A DNA stretch of 64,000 bases from Bilabrum cf. latius (lineage: Eukaryota), in assembly GCA_965178125.1 (NCBI GenBank), contig OZ237756.1, forward strand, positions 620,001-684,000, written 5' to 3'. Every line of letters starts with the position of its first letter. Within the stretch, counting starts at the first letter, position 1. Both the position numbers and the translations under genes were made by a program. The notes below the pieces were generated by a model. That model saw only the letters and a program-made list of their open reading frames with translations. It did no database searches and was not told the origin of the DNA. This document shows positions 1 through 12,977 of this stretch, piece after piece.

Positions 1-241
1 AGCATACGAGATCTAGTAATCAATAGCAATATTGGTTCAATTGAGAGTATCAAAAAAGGTGATACAGATCAATTTGACCACTTGAAAGATAACTAAATAA
101 ATTCAATACACGTACGCGCCCAGAATTGCGGAAATATATCTTAAATAGCTATAATATTACCGCAATTTCGGGCGGTCGTATCTTAAAAGATTTTAATACA
201 TACGATATCACTTATTAAGTTTTTTATTAATAAGTCATAAT

Positions 242-3040
242 TTAATTTTGTTGTTCTAGTGGATCATTATCCTCATCAACAAATAAAGCGGGGTCTAAGT
301 CAACCTCTATCTCTTCATCGGGTAATTGAACCTCTTCATCATCAACAAATATATCTACTTCACGAGTCTTTTTCTTGTTAGACCAGATATATTCCATCTC
401 ATCGATAATATCCTAGTTAAATTCTACATCGTAATTAATTTTCTTTTTCTTACAAGTCATAAATATGTCTTTCCCAAACATTGATTTATATACTTTAAGT
501 ATTTCGTAATAAAGACCTTTATCAGTGGATAAGTCAACTTTACTTCTTCTTTGGCAGTCATACACTGTCCTATATTCATCTGTTAAGTCTTGGTCTAATA
601 CTTTCTTTTTGATATTATAATCAAGATTAGTTCTTTTAAGACCTAAAGTATCAATCATCTTATTAAGTAAGACTAATTTTCTAGAACTAGACTTAGCATT
701 GATAATATCAAACTCGCCTTTATTAATTGCTTTCACAAGTAAGTGTTTATCATCTTGTCTAAAGAATTTATTGAAATTAAATAAATTAGATAACTTACCT
801 TTATTAATAAAGTACTCTTTGTATTTGTCAATATCACCTTCATCTAAGTCTAAATATTTATTAATCTTCTTGACATTAAGACAATTAATATCAAAATTTT
901 CAAGTTGTTTTTCTTTAATGGTATCTTTGATTTCTTTATCCTTACATCTGGTGATCTTAACAGATAAATCATAAGACACGTCATAACCGGTATCAATTAA
1001 CTACTTGATCATATGTAATTTAGGGTTTGTCTTATAACAATCTACCTTGTAAAGATAATTACGATATAGTTTCTTGAATATGATTTTAACTTTGCTCATT
1101 TCTTCTTCTACTTTGTCTTCTACTTCTACCTCGTTGAAGTCGGGATATGTATCACTGACAAATTTAACTAATTCTTCGTAGTCTTTTAAAGAGGTAGCCA
1201 TAAAAGATTTAACTTGTGAAAGACTTTCATATGTGCTAGATCGTCCTTTCTAGTAATCAAAAAATATAGTGATATGTGATGGGTTTCTACATCTGTTAAG
1301 CTATTGAACCATTTGGGGAGGTGTGATAGTATGACCTTTGAAATAACCAAAGACTGGTCTAGTCATAGTGCTATCTATCCCGTAAATGACTTTAGGTGAG
1401 AAGATAATGATATCAAACATATCCATATCATAGTCTTTGTCTTCGCTTTCTGCTGTAAGTATTAAGATTTTATTTAATTTCTTATCTTTCTCGTTATCTA
1501 TAATTTTAAGACTAATTAACTCATTGATTATATCAGCTTTTGTCTTACTATCACTAGCAAGCATAAATTTCTTGTGTTTCATTAACTCATCTCTAAAAGT
1601 CTGTTCGTCATTAACAAATACAGTTTTGGTGCCCTTGAACCTGTTTCTGTCATTCCTAATATATTGATAATCTAATTTTAATAATTCTAAGAAATATAGA
1701 GCATCTTGAGATAAGTCAGCATCTGCTACTATGAACTACTTACAAGTGGTAAGAGCACGAATAAGAGTAATGAAACTCATTGGTCGCCTACCATATAAAG
1801 TCGTAGAACTTAAACAGTGTTCTAAGATACTATTAAACTCATCTAAAAAGACAATATAATCCTTAAAGTTATAATTGCTAAGACTAACAATACTTTCAGG
1901 AGTAATAACAATACTATCACCCTATTTGTATTTATGGTCTTGATAGAATTTAGTTGATTTTGGAAGACTACGCATCTATTGCTTACCTAATAAAATACGA
2001 CTAACAACTGATAAAAAGCTGTCATCTACTCTATTAAATAAATCATTAGCAGCAGTTGTCTTTCCAGAACCAGCCCCCGACTTAACGGCATAGTTGATAC
2101 CTTTCTTAAAGAATTTAATATAACGACCTTTGTCGTCAGCAGTCAAATATCTACGGTCAATCTTCTAATTGACTTTCTTGACTACTTTATTCTTGAATAT
2201 CTTGTATCGATAATATAGGCTAAGTCGTTTCTTTTCACTATCTAACTAATTAAAGAACCATTCAACACATTGAAAAGTGGAATTTTCTAATAATCGAGTA
2301 AAAATTATCTTGTTCTTAGTCGACTAATAGCTTTCTACGTCTTGTTTGCTCCATTCATCAAATATATCATATACCTTATTACCATCTACTGGATTTAAGT
2401 ATTTAGCGATATAACTTGTAGCTCTACAAACTAGATGCCAGTTATATGAATTAGAATAATACTCTTTACCTAATTGATATAAGTATTGTTTGTATTCTTC
2501 GGGTTTAATCATATAACGGTAGTCTTCAGCTGTAAGTTGTGGTGAATAGATATTTTGTAGTATGAACATCTTGACGTCAGTTGGTATTCTTTTCACGGAT
2601 GTCTTTTGTATTAGTTCGTATTTCTTACCGTTGATAGAGCTAGGAGGACACATGATAAAGCTATCATTTGTGATCACATCTATATGTTCTTTTCTATTTA
2701 CTGACCTCTTACTAAACTCTTCTTCATACTTAAAATACAAATGATATCCATTGGGAGACTTGACAGTGTAAGTATTCATCTCTTGAATAAACTTATCAAC
2801 ACTACCATATTCCGCAATAAACTTACCATTTTGAAATTCAGTTTTATTTTTCTCTTTTTCACAATCTAAGTCAAGGACAAAGAAACCTGCACGTCTTCCA
2901 GTTAGTAATCCAACATTAAGATTTGACTTTCTGGTGATAAGTTTAGTAGATTCCAAATTCTACCAAGACTTAATAAGTGGTTGTTTAGAGTTGTGAGCTA
3001 TTGAGAAATAAACAGGGTTAGATATGTGTTCGGTCGTCAT
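242..3040 (-). CDS. Prim-Pol primase fused to SF2 (UL9/origin-binding-like) helicase, 932 aa (TAG=Gln)
   Basis: ORF pieces 2324-2956, 1301-1582, 1001-1201 and 413-979 share one frame, separated only by TAG; motifs NVGLLTG..FVLDLD, GYHLYF, Walker A VKSGAGSGKTT, Walker B VFLDEF, Q-LNRCR; ends TAA. Confidence 0.88.
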
Positions 3041-3070
3041 TCTAGTATATACTATACTAAAGATAATTTT

Positions 3071-3283
3071 TTAAGTCATTTTCTAGACGCACTATTTTGG
3101 CTTAAAGGATTGAGATGGATTTTCGCGCACAACTAGAGTATTTTTAAATTTTTCAATTTCTGCTGGGGATTTCCCGATTAGTAAATAACTTATAGTCTCT
3201 TGAAACTCTATTGGTAAGTCTTGTAATTGATGTATTGGTTTATTGATAACTTGATTATTTGATTTGGTATCTATTAAATCCAT
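3071..3283 (-). CDS. Small hypothetical viral protein, 70 aa
   Basis: ATG preceded by GACTTAAA/TATAG promoter-like motif; two TAG then TAA. Confidence 0.5.
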
Positions 3284-3315
3284 TATTAATAATACTATAA
3301 TAATAAAATATATTT

Positions 3316-3525
3316 TTAAGTCTTATTTAATCCTTCTGTATCTGGTTCATCCTTAACCTGTTTTCTCTTCTAATAGTACCCCTTCCATTTCTCTTGATTC
3401 TTTTGGTAATACTTCTATTTAGCTCTTTTAATAGCTTCTTTCTTTTTGGTCTCCTATTCCTTGAGTCTTTGATAATCTTCCATAATGTCTTGAACCTATT
3501 TTAATACATCTTTAATATCTGGCAT
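3316..3525 (-). CDS. Small basic viral protein, 69 aa (MPDIKDVLK...KYYQKNQEKWKGYY)
   Basis: Open only with TAG=Gln; YY.KN..K motif shared with the Zn-finger proteins of elements 2 and 3; ends TAA. Confidence 0.55.
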
Positions 3526-4958
3526 TACTATAGTAATATACTAGATAAATCTTTAAGTTTTTAAAACTAGAAAATGACTTAAAATAAGTGGTATGAGTTA
3601 GTGAATATGTAAAATTGAATACGGGTGAGCGCCCAGAATTGCAAACATAATTTTCTTGATACTTATATATTTCCGCAATTTGGGGCGGTCATATCTGGAG
3701 ATACAATTTGGGGCGGTCATATTTATTATTAGTTATTTTAAAATATCTCGTCAAGTGGTTAAGTCTTTTTGTGATATCCCGTTAAGTGGTCAATAAAATG
3801 AACGGTAAGTCAAAAAAATTAATCAAAATAAAGAAGTAGTTGATTATTAATTATTGAAGACACCTAAGCGCCCAGAATTGCGGACATAATTTCTAGAATA
3901 CTTATATATTTCCGCAATTTCGGGCCGTCATTTCTGGACATTTAATATAGCACATACTAGAAATATCTTTATTACAAAATTACACCTCTATAAGATAACT
4001 ATGTCAAAATTAACAAAATATAAAACTCAATACACCTACGCGCCCAGAATTGCGACAATATATCTTAATATCCTAATATATTACCGCAATTTCGGGCGCT
4101 AGTATTATACTATACCATATTTAATTATCCTATATTTTCCATTTAATCTAGTGATTAATCATTTCAAAGTAATACACTTGACATAAACCAGTTCATTGAG
4201 TCATTTTTAAGTTATCCCGTTTTGTATTCCTTTATATCATATACTCAAACAAAGGACTTAAACATATTTAAAGAATTATGAAAAATAAAAATCAATACAC
4301 CTACGCGCCCAGAATTGCAGAAATATATCTTGAATAGCTATAATATTACCGCAATTTCGGGCGATAGATTAAAGGATGTATTTTTAAGGGGATACCCTTA
4401 TATTTGAAGTTTTGAAGAGATGACATATAAAAGACTTTATAAAGTGATTAATATCTCCTTCTAGTTATATTTAAATATTCAATTATTTAAGTATAGATTG
4501 ACAAGTAATAAAAAAAGAGATAAATTAAGTTGATATTAGTTTAGTTTTATTTATTAATTTAAATTTTTCATTGGAAGTATTAAAAAGACTTTAATACTTC
4601 TGTCAATCTCTTTAAGTATTTATTTAGTTATTTTCTAAAGTGGTAAATGTCAATTGATACTTAAAACCAAATCATAATATAAAACTCAATACACCTACGC
4701 GCCCAGAATTGCGAACATATATTCTTAAATGACTATATATTTCCGCAATTTCGGGCGGGCATATCCTAAGACTTAGGCTAGAGATTTACTCAACAGATTA
4801 AGTCAAATGAAGGTCTAACAGATAGACATTAACGGCGCGAAGGTATTAAATTAGGTAGATATATGAATAAATAGCGATTAAATTATTATATTCAAGTGAA
4901 GGACATAATGAAGGACTACGGCTTAAGATGTTGTAAAGTGGTTATTATTGACCTCATA

Positions 4959-5059
4959 TGTTATCCGCCAAAATGTGAAGTTATGATAACTCTATTTCTA
5001 CTATATAGTAGAAATAGAGTTTACTTATATAAAAACTACACACATTTTGGCGGATAACA
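4959..5059. repeat. Nested terminal inverted repeats of element 1
   Basis: 19-bp inverted arms 4959-4977 and 5041-5059 enclose a perfect 34-bp palindrome 4988-5021. Confidence 0.92.
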
Positions 5060-5068
5060 CGTAGGGGG

Positions 5069-5474
5069 CAGGGAGCACCGAGGACTGCTCGATTTTGTTG
5101 ACGACCCGCTCTCCGGCAGGGGAGGATTCGGCTCTCTCCACTGTTTCGGGTTCTTTGCTCTCTTCTTTGCCGCCTGCTGCGTTACCGACAGGGTGCGCGA
5201 AGCACAGGCGCTCGCCGATCGTCGGGTCTGCTCGTGCGCTTGCTGCTTCCTTGGCTCCCACTCGCGGCGGGCGGAGGTCGGCTATCTCTGCTTCCGTGAA
5301 CACGTTTCGCAGAATCATGTAGCCATCTTTTGTGTATGACTCAAGCACATCTACCGGAATCGGCGTGTACTTGCCGACCGAAGCTTCGTGCGACAAAGTC
5401 GAGCTGGATCTTGGCTTCAACGAGAGGTCGCCCGTTGCGATTGCGGCCATGACACGTGTGCAAATATGATTCAA
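5069..5474 (-). pseudogene. 5' part of a host phytanoyl-CoA dioxygenase (PhyH)-like gene, interrupted by element 1
   Basis: YTKDGYMILRNVFTEAEIADLR resembles the PhyH N-terminal motif; the frame runs directly into the viral terminus. Confidence 0.6.
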
Positions 5475-5983
5475 GCTGCTACAGCCCTGTCTGTTTTAGA
5501 GTGGGTTGCGTGAGTGCAAGCTCCAACGCGCGCTGCAATTTGGGACAGTTGCAGTTGGCACTGACGAGCTCTGCTCGAACTTGCGTTGTCCATATTGATG
5601 GTCTCGACAATGGTCTCCGCACAGCCGTGCATACTATTTCTGGCGTTTCTTTGCACAGTACTTGCGCTGAATGCCTCGGCAAGCGATCTCATTTCCGCCT
5701 TTCTGAGCCTAAAGTGCAACCAGCTGCGTTCGGGCCTAGCATGCAGCGATCAAGTGATTGCCTTCTCAGGAATTATGGTTTAAGAGTACAGCTAATGTAA
5801 CGTTTGGCGGATTCCCAGGCACGAGCACGGCTTGATTCGCCCACAATAGGGTATCTTGTGCGGAACTGGTGCCTCGGATACACCTAGACTTTGAATGCAG
5901 ACTCGGGCACCCGCGCGCACGGTGATATATTCTAGAATAGGCAAGAATTCATGATTCTGAGAGCAAGAAGCATCAGCCCAATG

Positions 5984-7787
5984 TCACAGTTCCTCGGCCA
6001 CAACGACATCCTGCTCGCCCACCGAAGCACTTGCTCCGTCCCCGTCGAGTCCTTCGCTTGTCACCGGCGACCCCAATTCCCCAAGAGGATTGTCCTGCGG
6101 ATCTAGCATGCCCCTAGCGAACTTTCGGGCGAAAACTAGAAGCAGAAGGCAGATGAGCACATACATGCCCACAGTAAGCACCTGCTCGGTCACTGAAAGG
6201 AACCTGAGGCTCGAGCGCGAACGTTCGGCAGCATCCGCCTCCGCCGCGGCGATTCTAGCGGCAGCTGTGGCTTCTTCGGTTCTTCGCCTGTGCCGGCTGC
6301 TGCCGCTTCCCTTCTTGCCCTTTCTATCCCTCCCCCTCGATCTCCGTGATGGGTCGCGCTTGCTGGACTTTGTCTTGGTCGGCGACTTCCGGATTCCGCT
6401 GCCGGCCTCTTCCCAGGCCTACCTCTCCTTGCTGTGCCTCGTATGCTTGGTTTTACTCTTACTCTTACTGTTCCCGCTCTTTGAACTAGGTTTGGGTCTG
6501 GATCTGGTCTTGGTTCCGCTTCGCCCGGTGCTGGGCGCCCTCCCGCCATCGTCCTCGCCCTCGCCCTCGTCCGATTCACCATCATCATCCTGCTGCTGCT
6601 GCCGCCCCCCTGCAGATGCTCGTGAACCAGAAGCCGCGCCCACCAGCCCGCCCAATGCTCCGATCCCATCGCCGGTCGCGCTAGCAGCCCCAGCTCTGGA
6701 GCCGTTGGTGTGACGAGTATCAAGGCCCGAGGCACCATCGCTAGAGCGGCCCGTGCCTTCCTTCTCGCTTGCACTCGTCACACCGGAGCGCGCACTGGGC
6801 AGTCGCGGCGATGCAGTCGCACTACCACTCGTACCGGTGCCTGCTTTGCTCTTCGGTGCATTAGATGACGAGTGCGAGGCCGAGGCCGAGGCCGAGGCTG
6901 TGGCTGTGGCTGAGTGCTCGGGTGCCTTTCCGTCGCTAGAGTCTGCCCTCGGGGCCGCTGCTGATGCCCTGCTGCCTGATATGGACTCGGAATTGGATTT
7001 TGATGCAATACTGTCTCCTTTCGATCGGCCCTCATGCTCTTTGGCCTTGCCCTGATCCTTGCCCTCCTCCTTGGGCATGGGCAGCACAAGCTCCGAAACT
7101 GTGCCGCACTTGCTGCACTTCCACTCCGTGCTCTTTGTAGCGAGCTCTTTCCGAATATGTTCGGGGGCCTCCACGGCGCCCACGGCTCCCTTGCCGCTCT
7201 CCTGGAAAAAGGCGCTGATGGCCAAGAGCATGCTGCTGATGCGCCAGCCCATGTCCCAGGACTCGGGGTGGTAATTCGTGATGTTCAAGCAAATCTTCTT
7301 GCCCACCTCAAATCGGCCGTTCGGGGTGAGGAAGATGAAGTCGGGCGGCTTGTGCGGGAAGTCGAGAGGCAGACGGAGCTCGCCGTGGTACGTGCCTCCT
7401 TCGAACGGGCTGTCGCCGGGACCTCGCACCGTAAAATGCCACCGAAACAGATCACCCTGCGATCAAAGTTCAAACACTAAAGCGTGCAATCGATTGGTGG
7501 TGCGCAGGCACGGCTTTCGTTATTCAGTGTGCTTGTTTTGCGGCAACAGCTCACGTCTAGGGGAGCAGCGTGGTAGTGCGGAGAGGGGTTTCGTCGCATG
7601 AGCCTAGCTTCCTGCAAGTAAGGGAGTGTGTGTGTGTTGGGGTATAGCTTGCGAGCTAAGGTTTGCAACAAGGCCACGTTGCAAGCCGGCGACATGGCTC
7701 CACACGAACATCGGACGTCTCGAGAGAACTCACGGCCATTAGCCTGCGCATAGTCACACTTGACTTTACAGTCGCTGCAGACGCCAT
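5984..7787 (-). CDS. UBE2J1: ER-anchored ubiquitin-conjugating enzyme E2 J1/Ubc6; exons 7787-7734, 7611-7555, 7456-5984
   Basis: Spliced protein MRRLMAEARL..HAAPLDGDLFRWHFTVRGP..YHG..TPNGRF..KICL..YHPESW; two GT-AG introns; TAG at 6419-6421 read through restores the C-terminal TM anchor; ends TGA. Confidence 0.88.
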
Positions 7788-7949
7788 TACGTGCGCCTAT
7801 ATCTATCAGTATCAAGCTAGTGACGGCACGAGCACGAAATCCTTTCGCCAGGTGCAAGCGGAACCACTACGACGAAAATGCGCGGCGCCACTATTTTGAA
7901 TTATTGGTGCACGTTGGGATGGCATCTCGATCGTGTCGAATTTGCCGCG

Positions 7950-9577
7950 ATGGAAGGATCAATGGCAGACCACCCCCAAGACCCCGTATCGCCAATGCAC
8001 GGTTCGTCCTCAACTGTCCGTGGCGGGCACATCCAGCTTGTGCTTGGGCCCATGTTTAGCGGCAAGTCCAGCGAACTCATGCGCCGGTGCCGCAGGCATC
8101 TGCACGCAAGTAAGGCCGTCCTGCTGATCAAATTTGCTGGCGATACTCGCTACTCGAACGATAAGATGAGTTCCCATGACAAGGTGAGGTGTGGTATGCG
8201 ATTGCATAGCTTAGAGCCTGTGTTGGCGTGGCTTTCGTGCTTGCGTTTGGATGTGCAACTGCTGCAAAGCTGACTTGATGCCGGCGCGCAAGCTTCGTTC
8301 GGATGCCTTGTATCCCAATTCAGATACGTGTTACTACAATACCAAACCATACTTTGCCGGTGCAGGTACAAATCGCGGCGGTATCGGCGCGGCAGCTGTC
8401 CGAGGTGAGTGAGCACGCCATCGACCGAGCCGAGGTCATCGGCATCGACGAGGGGCAGTTCTTCCCGGACGTCGCAGAGGCCGCCGAGCGCTGGGCGCAA
8501 GCGGGCAAAACCGTCATCATCGCGGGACTCGACGGCGATTTCCGCCGGCAGCGGTTCGGCGGCCTGGTGGACTTGGTGCCCCAGGCCGAGAGCGTGGTCA
8601 AGCTGAGCGCCATCTGCAAGGCCTGCGGGTCCGACGCGGCCTTCACGATGAGGCTGACGAGCGATGAGGCGGTCGAGCTGATCGGGGGGGCCGAGATGTA
8701 CGTGCCCGTCTGCAGGGGGTGCCACGGGGACGCAGACAGGGTCAGGAGAGCCGTGTCCATGGGGGACCGCAGGGGGATCGAGCTCGCCAAGGAGCTTGAG
8801 CTGGCGGCGGGTGCACTGCACTGCGGCGGGGGTGCTGGCCCTGCGGCGGTGCTGGGGGTGGGATGTCCCGGTGCCGGCGATGAGGAGTGTGACGAGTGTG
8901 AGGAGGGGGGGGAGAACAGCACCAGTCCAGTGGAAGGGGGGACGGGGGCCGGGAGCGGTGCCACCGTGGGGGGATCCGTCTCGCGCGGCGCCGGTTCCGC
9001 AGCGGAGGCGGCACTGTCGACGGCGGCCGGGGCGTTCGAGGACCGGCGGAACGGTTCCGCAGCGGAACAGGCGGCGCCGCGCACTCCGGCTCCTCCGACG
9101 CTGCCGCTCACGCCGGGTGTCGGCGCCCGGTCGGAGCACCGCCGGCGCCGCGCCGCGGACGGCATCCAATTGCGCGGCGCCGGTTCCGCAGACGGGAGCG
9201 AGGACGAGGATTTGCTGCAGGCGGAAGAAGAAGCCGCCGCCGCTGACGCTGCGGCAGCAGCCCAGGAGTCCTCCTCTGCTGCCCTTGCAGCTCTGCGCGG
9301 CAGCACCCTGTCCGGGGATCGAACCCCGCTGGCGGATATGCGGCAGGCAGCCGCCACTGCGACTGCAGACCCGTTGGGCTCCCGCCCCACAGGTGTGACG
9401 AGTGCGCGGGGGCCGCAGGCCGCCGCTGACGTGCGGCTTGCTATGGGCCTGCGGGGGCGTGTGGTTGCAACCGGGTCTCGCTCCAAGCGGGGAGGTGTCT
9501 CCCGCAGCAGCCGGGTGGCTACGGAAGGCGCGGACGCTTTCGTGTCCAAGGCGACGACCCGGATGAGGCTGCTGTGA
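7950..9577 (+). CDS. TK1: Type II thymidine kinase with long low-complexity C-terminal tail; intron 8184-8365
   Basis: [48 protein letters not shown]; start codon uncertain (7950/7962). Confidence 0.9.
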
Positions 9578-9854
9578 TGGGAGCAAGATGCGGGTGTGGG
9601 AGTTTGGGTGTGGGACTGTAGGGATGGGATGGGGGAGGTTTGCAATGAATATCGGTTACCTGTGTTCTTGTATCGATGGGCGTATCGCGTGGCAGATGCT
9701 ACGTGCCACGGTCTGCTCGCTCGCAAGCAACTGCTCGGGTTTGATGCCCCACCCACCGTGGCCAATGAATCGGAGCATTGCATGATCCATCCGTGTTGCT
9801 ACAAGGCTACTACTCGACCGCACATAATCGAGCTTGACTTAGTCCGGTCTCGAT

Positions 9855-12695
9855 ATGGAACTTCTGAATAAAGAGCCATTTGCCCCTGCTGCAAAGCGAA
9901 GCCTTGCGCAGCGGTACCATGCCGGCCGCCCGTTTTAGCACGCCGTCGTTGATGGACTGTTCCCAGAAAAAGTGCTGGCCAAGGCAGAGTAGGCCATCTC
10001 CACGTGCGACTTTATCAAGAAAAGGAATGATCTTTACGACTTCGAACAGACGGACGACCTAAAGAATGCCAAGAAGGGAATCCTTGCGAGGGTGCGGGAT
10101 GCTCTGTTTTCGCCGGCAGTCCGCTCGCTCGTGGAGGACGCAACTGGGATCAAAACGACAGACCAGGTTGATCTAAGCTGCGCGCGGTACGGCTAGGGCA
10201 GCCACTTGCTCTGCCATGACGACGACTTGGCAACGCGAGTAGTTGCCTTCATTCTGTACCTGGTCCCGAGCGACTGGTCCGAAGAGGACGGCGGCCACCT
10301 GGACCTCTTCGCATGCGACAAGCACTACCAACCAACGCAAGTCGCGAAGCGCATCCTGCCAAAGCGCGGATCGCTCGCCTTCTTCGGAGTGCAGACGAGG
10401 TCTCACCACCAGGTGGCAGAGGTGCTCGCAGACCACAAAAAGAGGGGCTACCGGGTATCGATCTCCGGATGGTTCCACGGAACTCCCCCGCGCAGGCCAG
10501 TGGTCAGGCCCGTGCCGGGTCCCGCATTCGTCCCTCTGCTTTGCGACCAGAACGACAGGCGAGGGACCGGCCCGGCAGCAGTACTCGGAGCCGAATACGC
10601 AGGCGCCGACGACGGCGACTCGGAATCGGACGGGGCGAGCGAAGATCTCGAGGTCTCCATCGGAGGCGGCTCGGACAGCAGCAGCAGCGGCGGCGAATAG
10701 GAAGAGGAGGAGGAGGAGGAAGAGCACCACAGAGGAGGCAGCTCGCCCAAGCGGCGGCGCCGCGATGGATCGGATCAAGCAGGTTCCGCAGGCATGGCGC
10801 AGGCCGCCGTCGCCGCCGCCGCCGCACGGCTTGCGACCGCCCCCATGCTAGGTTCCGTAACCGGCGCCGCGGTGCTCCAGCTGGCCGTCCGTCGGCTGAA
10901 CCACCCCCTGCTCCGCCGGTGGATCAGCCCCACGTACCTGCAGCCGGGCGTACTGGCGAGGTTGCAACCGGTGCTGGTGGAGAACGGCCACGTGGCACTT
11001 CCGGATTTCATCCGCCCGGACGTGTTCCGGTTTGCCAGGCGTGCTGCCGACGGGCAGCAGTGGACGCACGTGGGACCACCCTCTATGCGGCACTACAAGG
11101 TCGCTGCAGTGCCCTGCACCATGCCCGAGCATGTTCCGCAAGCCGGCGCCGCGCATGGTGCGCTCTCCGCCGCCACAGCCTCCTCCTCCTCTTCTTCCTC
11201 CTCCTCGTCATCATCACCCGGGGCATCTTCCGCCTCGGCTTCATCGGCGCGGGGCACAGCAGCAGCGTCTGGGACCCCCGACTCGGAATCGAAATCGGGC
11301 AGGTCGGTCAGGGGCGCCATCGTGGCCCTGGAATCGGACCCCGCCGCTGTGGCAGCCACTCTCCTCGCCACGGCCCACCTGGCCCGGTTGCAACCGGATG
11401 GAGCCAGCGCGGATGAGCTGCTCGAGGTGGCGTCCACCGGTGGAGTGCGCGTCCCGGCCGAACCGGGGTCGCCGCTGTCGCACTCGTCACACGGTTCTAC
11501 GAAGGCACCGGAGCCGGCCTCGATGGACGTGCCGAGGGGCAGCAGCACCACGCTGGCGCCGCGCATTTTGCCCGGGGGCGGTTCCGCACTGCCCGATCCG
11601 TTCCTGGGGCTACGCTGTTTTCTGGCGTCGAACGCCTTCGCCCAGTGGCTAGAGGTGGCGTGTTCCCTGTGGCCGGGGGCGGTGACCGGCAGCACGGTGG
11701 AGGCCCGGCGATTCGGCCCCGGTGACTATAGCATGGTGTGCGACCCATCGCTCAGGGGGAAACCGTCAAGAGTGTCGGTCACTGGGGAACAGGGTGGTGG
11801 TGAAAGTGGCGGGGATGAAGAGGGTGAGGAGGAGGAGGAGGTGGTGGATTGCAGCGGTGGGGTGATCGACGTGTGTCTGCCCCTCCAGGCGGACGACGGG
11901 CCGCTGGGTGCATCGCACGGTGGTGCACCCGCAGGAGAGGATGAGGAGGAGGACGATGATGAGGACGAGGACGATGATGAGGACGAGGACGATGATGAGG
12001 AGGAGGACGATGATGAGGACGATGATGAGGAGGAGGGGTCAGGCTCCATGGACAACGGAGGTTACGTGTCATATCTGACAAACAGCCGGGAGCTGTTGAG
12101 CGTGCCCCCAAGCGCCAACACGCTGTCCCTCGTGCTGCGGCCGGCCGACGCGGGCGTAGGTGTGACGAGTGAGGATGCTTCGAGGGGTCCGTCGAGCGGA
12201 GCTGGGGCCGGCAGGGGTAACCACGAGGATGAAGATGAAGATGAAGACAGGGGAGACGATGGGGAGGACGAGGAGGCGGTGCACTCGTTCGTGAAGTATG
12301 TGACGAGTGCGAGCGGTTGCGACAGGGTTGACGTCATGGCGCGGTTCGCGGTGGCGGGGCCGGGGGTTGGTGCCGGGGCTGAATCCGGGGATGAGGACGA
12401 AGACGAAAACGAAGACTATGCCGGTGCCGGTGCCGGTGCTGGGGGCGGTAGCGATGGCGATGACGAGGGTGACGAGTTGCCTGTGTATGGCGGTGGGTTA
12501 TTGTGCGATGTGCTGTCGTGCTCCATGCAGGGCGATGAGGGGGATGGCGATGACGATGAGGAAGAGGAGTGTGATGGTCAGGCGGACGGCGGGGACGGGG
12601 ACGAGGCAGGCAATGCCAGTGGACGTGGGTCCAGCGAGGGGGAGGTATAGTTGGCGGGGGTTGCCGGCAGGAAGAGGAAACGGACCGGCAGGTGA
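9855..12695 (+). CDS. OGFOD1: OGFOD1/Tpa1-type ribosomal prolyl hydroxylase with acidic insertions, 946 aa (5 internal TAG)
   Basis: PF-HAVVDGLF, NDLYDFEQTDDLK, LLCHDD, AFILYLVP..W..EDGGHLDLF, SHHQVAEV, RVSISGWFHG; TAG at 9936, 9990, 10194, 10698, 12648; ends RKRKRTGR-TGA. Confidence 0.88.
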
Positions 12696-12977
12696 TGTTT
12701 CTGTGTGTCGTTGGCTTCGAGTCGTGGATCGGATCAATGGTACCGTGTGACGAGCTGCAGATCGATCCCACTCAAATTCAGATTTGCCGGGCTGCATTCT
12801 CAAAGTCAACCAGCTGAATACGGCTGATATATCGACAATAGAACTGAAACGAGTCGGCTCAAATACTTGAAGATGTTAGTTTACTTCAAGTGGCCCCTAA
12901 TTTGACGCTAGTAGCCGTTCAACCCCGCCACAATCCTGGTGCTTGCCACGTTGCGATTTCTATCACCCCATCACAGG

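Larger units (their letters stand above)
117..4757. repeat. Six dispersed 58-bp imperfect palindromes (CGCCCAGAATTGCG-AT-rich spacer-CCGCAATTTCGGGCG)
   Basis: Copies at 117-174, 3630-3687, 3869-3926, 4041-4098, 4306-4363, 4700-4757. Confidence 0.92.
1..5068. mobile_element. Endogenous virophage/Polinton-like element 1, right end only
   Basis: Strongly AT-rich block ending abruptly at ...CGTAGGGGG next to GC-rich host DNA; PrimPol-helicase homologous to that of element 3; ~1.5 kb non-coding terminal region with repeats. Confidence 0.85.

Noticed and set aside
3630-4757. CRISPR array
   Set aside because: Repeats are 58 bp with a variable core, intervals are long and irregular (about 115-335 bp), and no cas genes are present
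1-5068. AT-rich blocks as bacterial or phage contamination
   Set aside because: Virophage hallmark genes, same genetic code as the flanking host genes, and structured junctions; read-level confirmation is still needed
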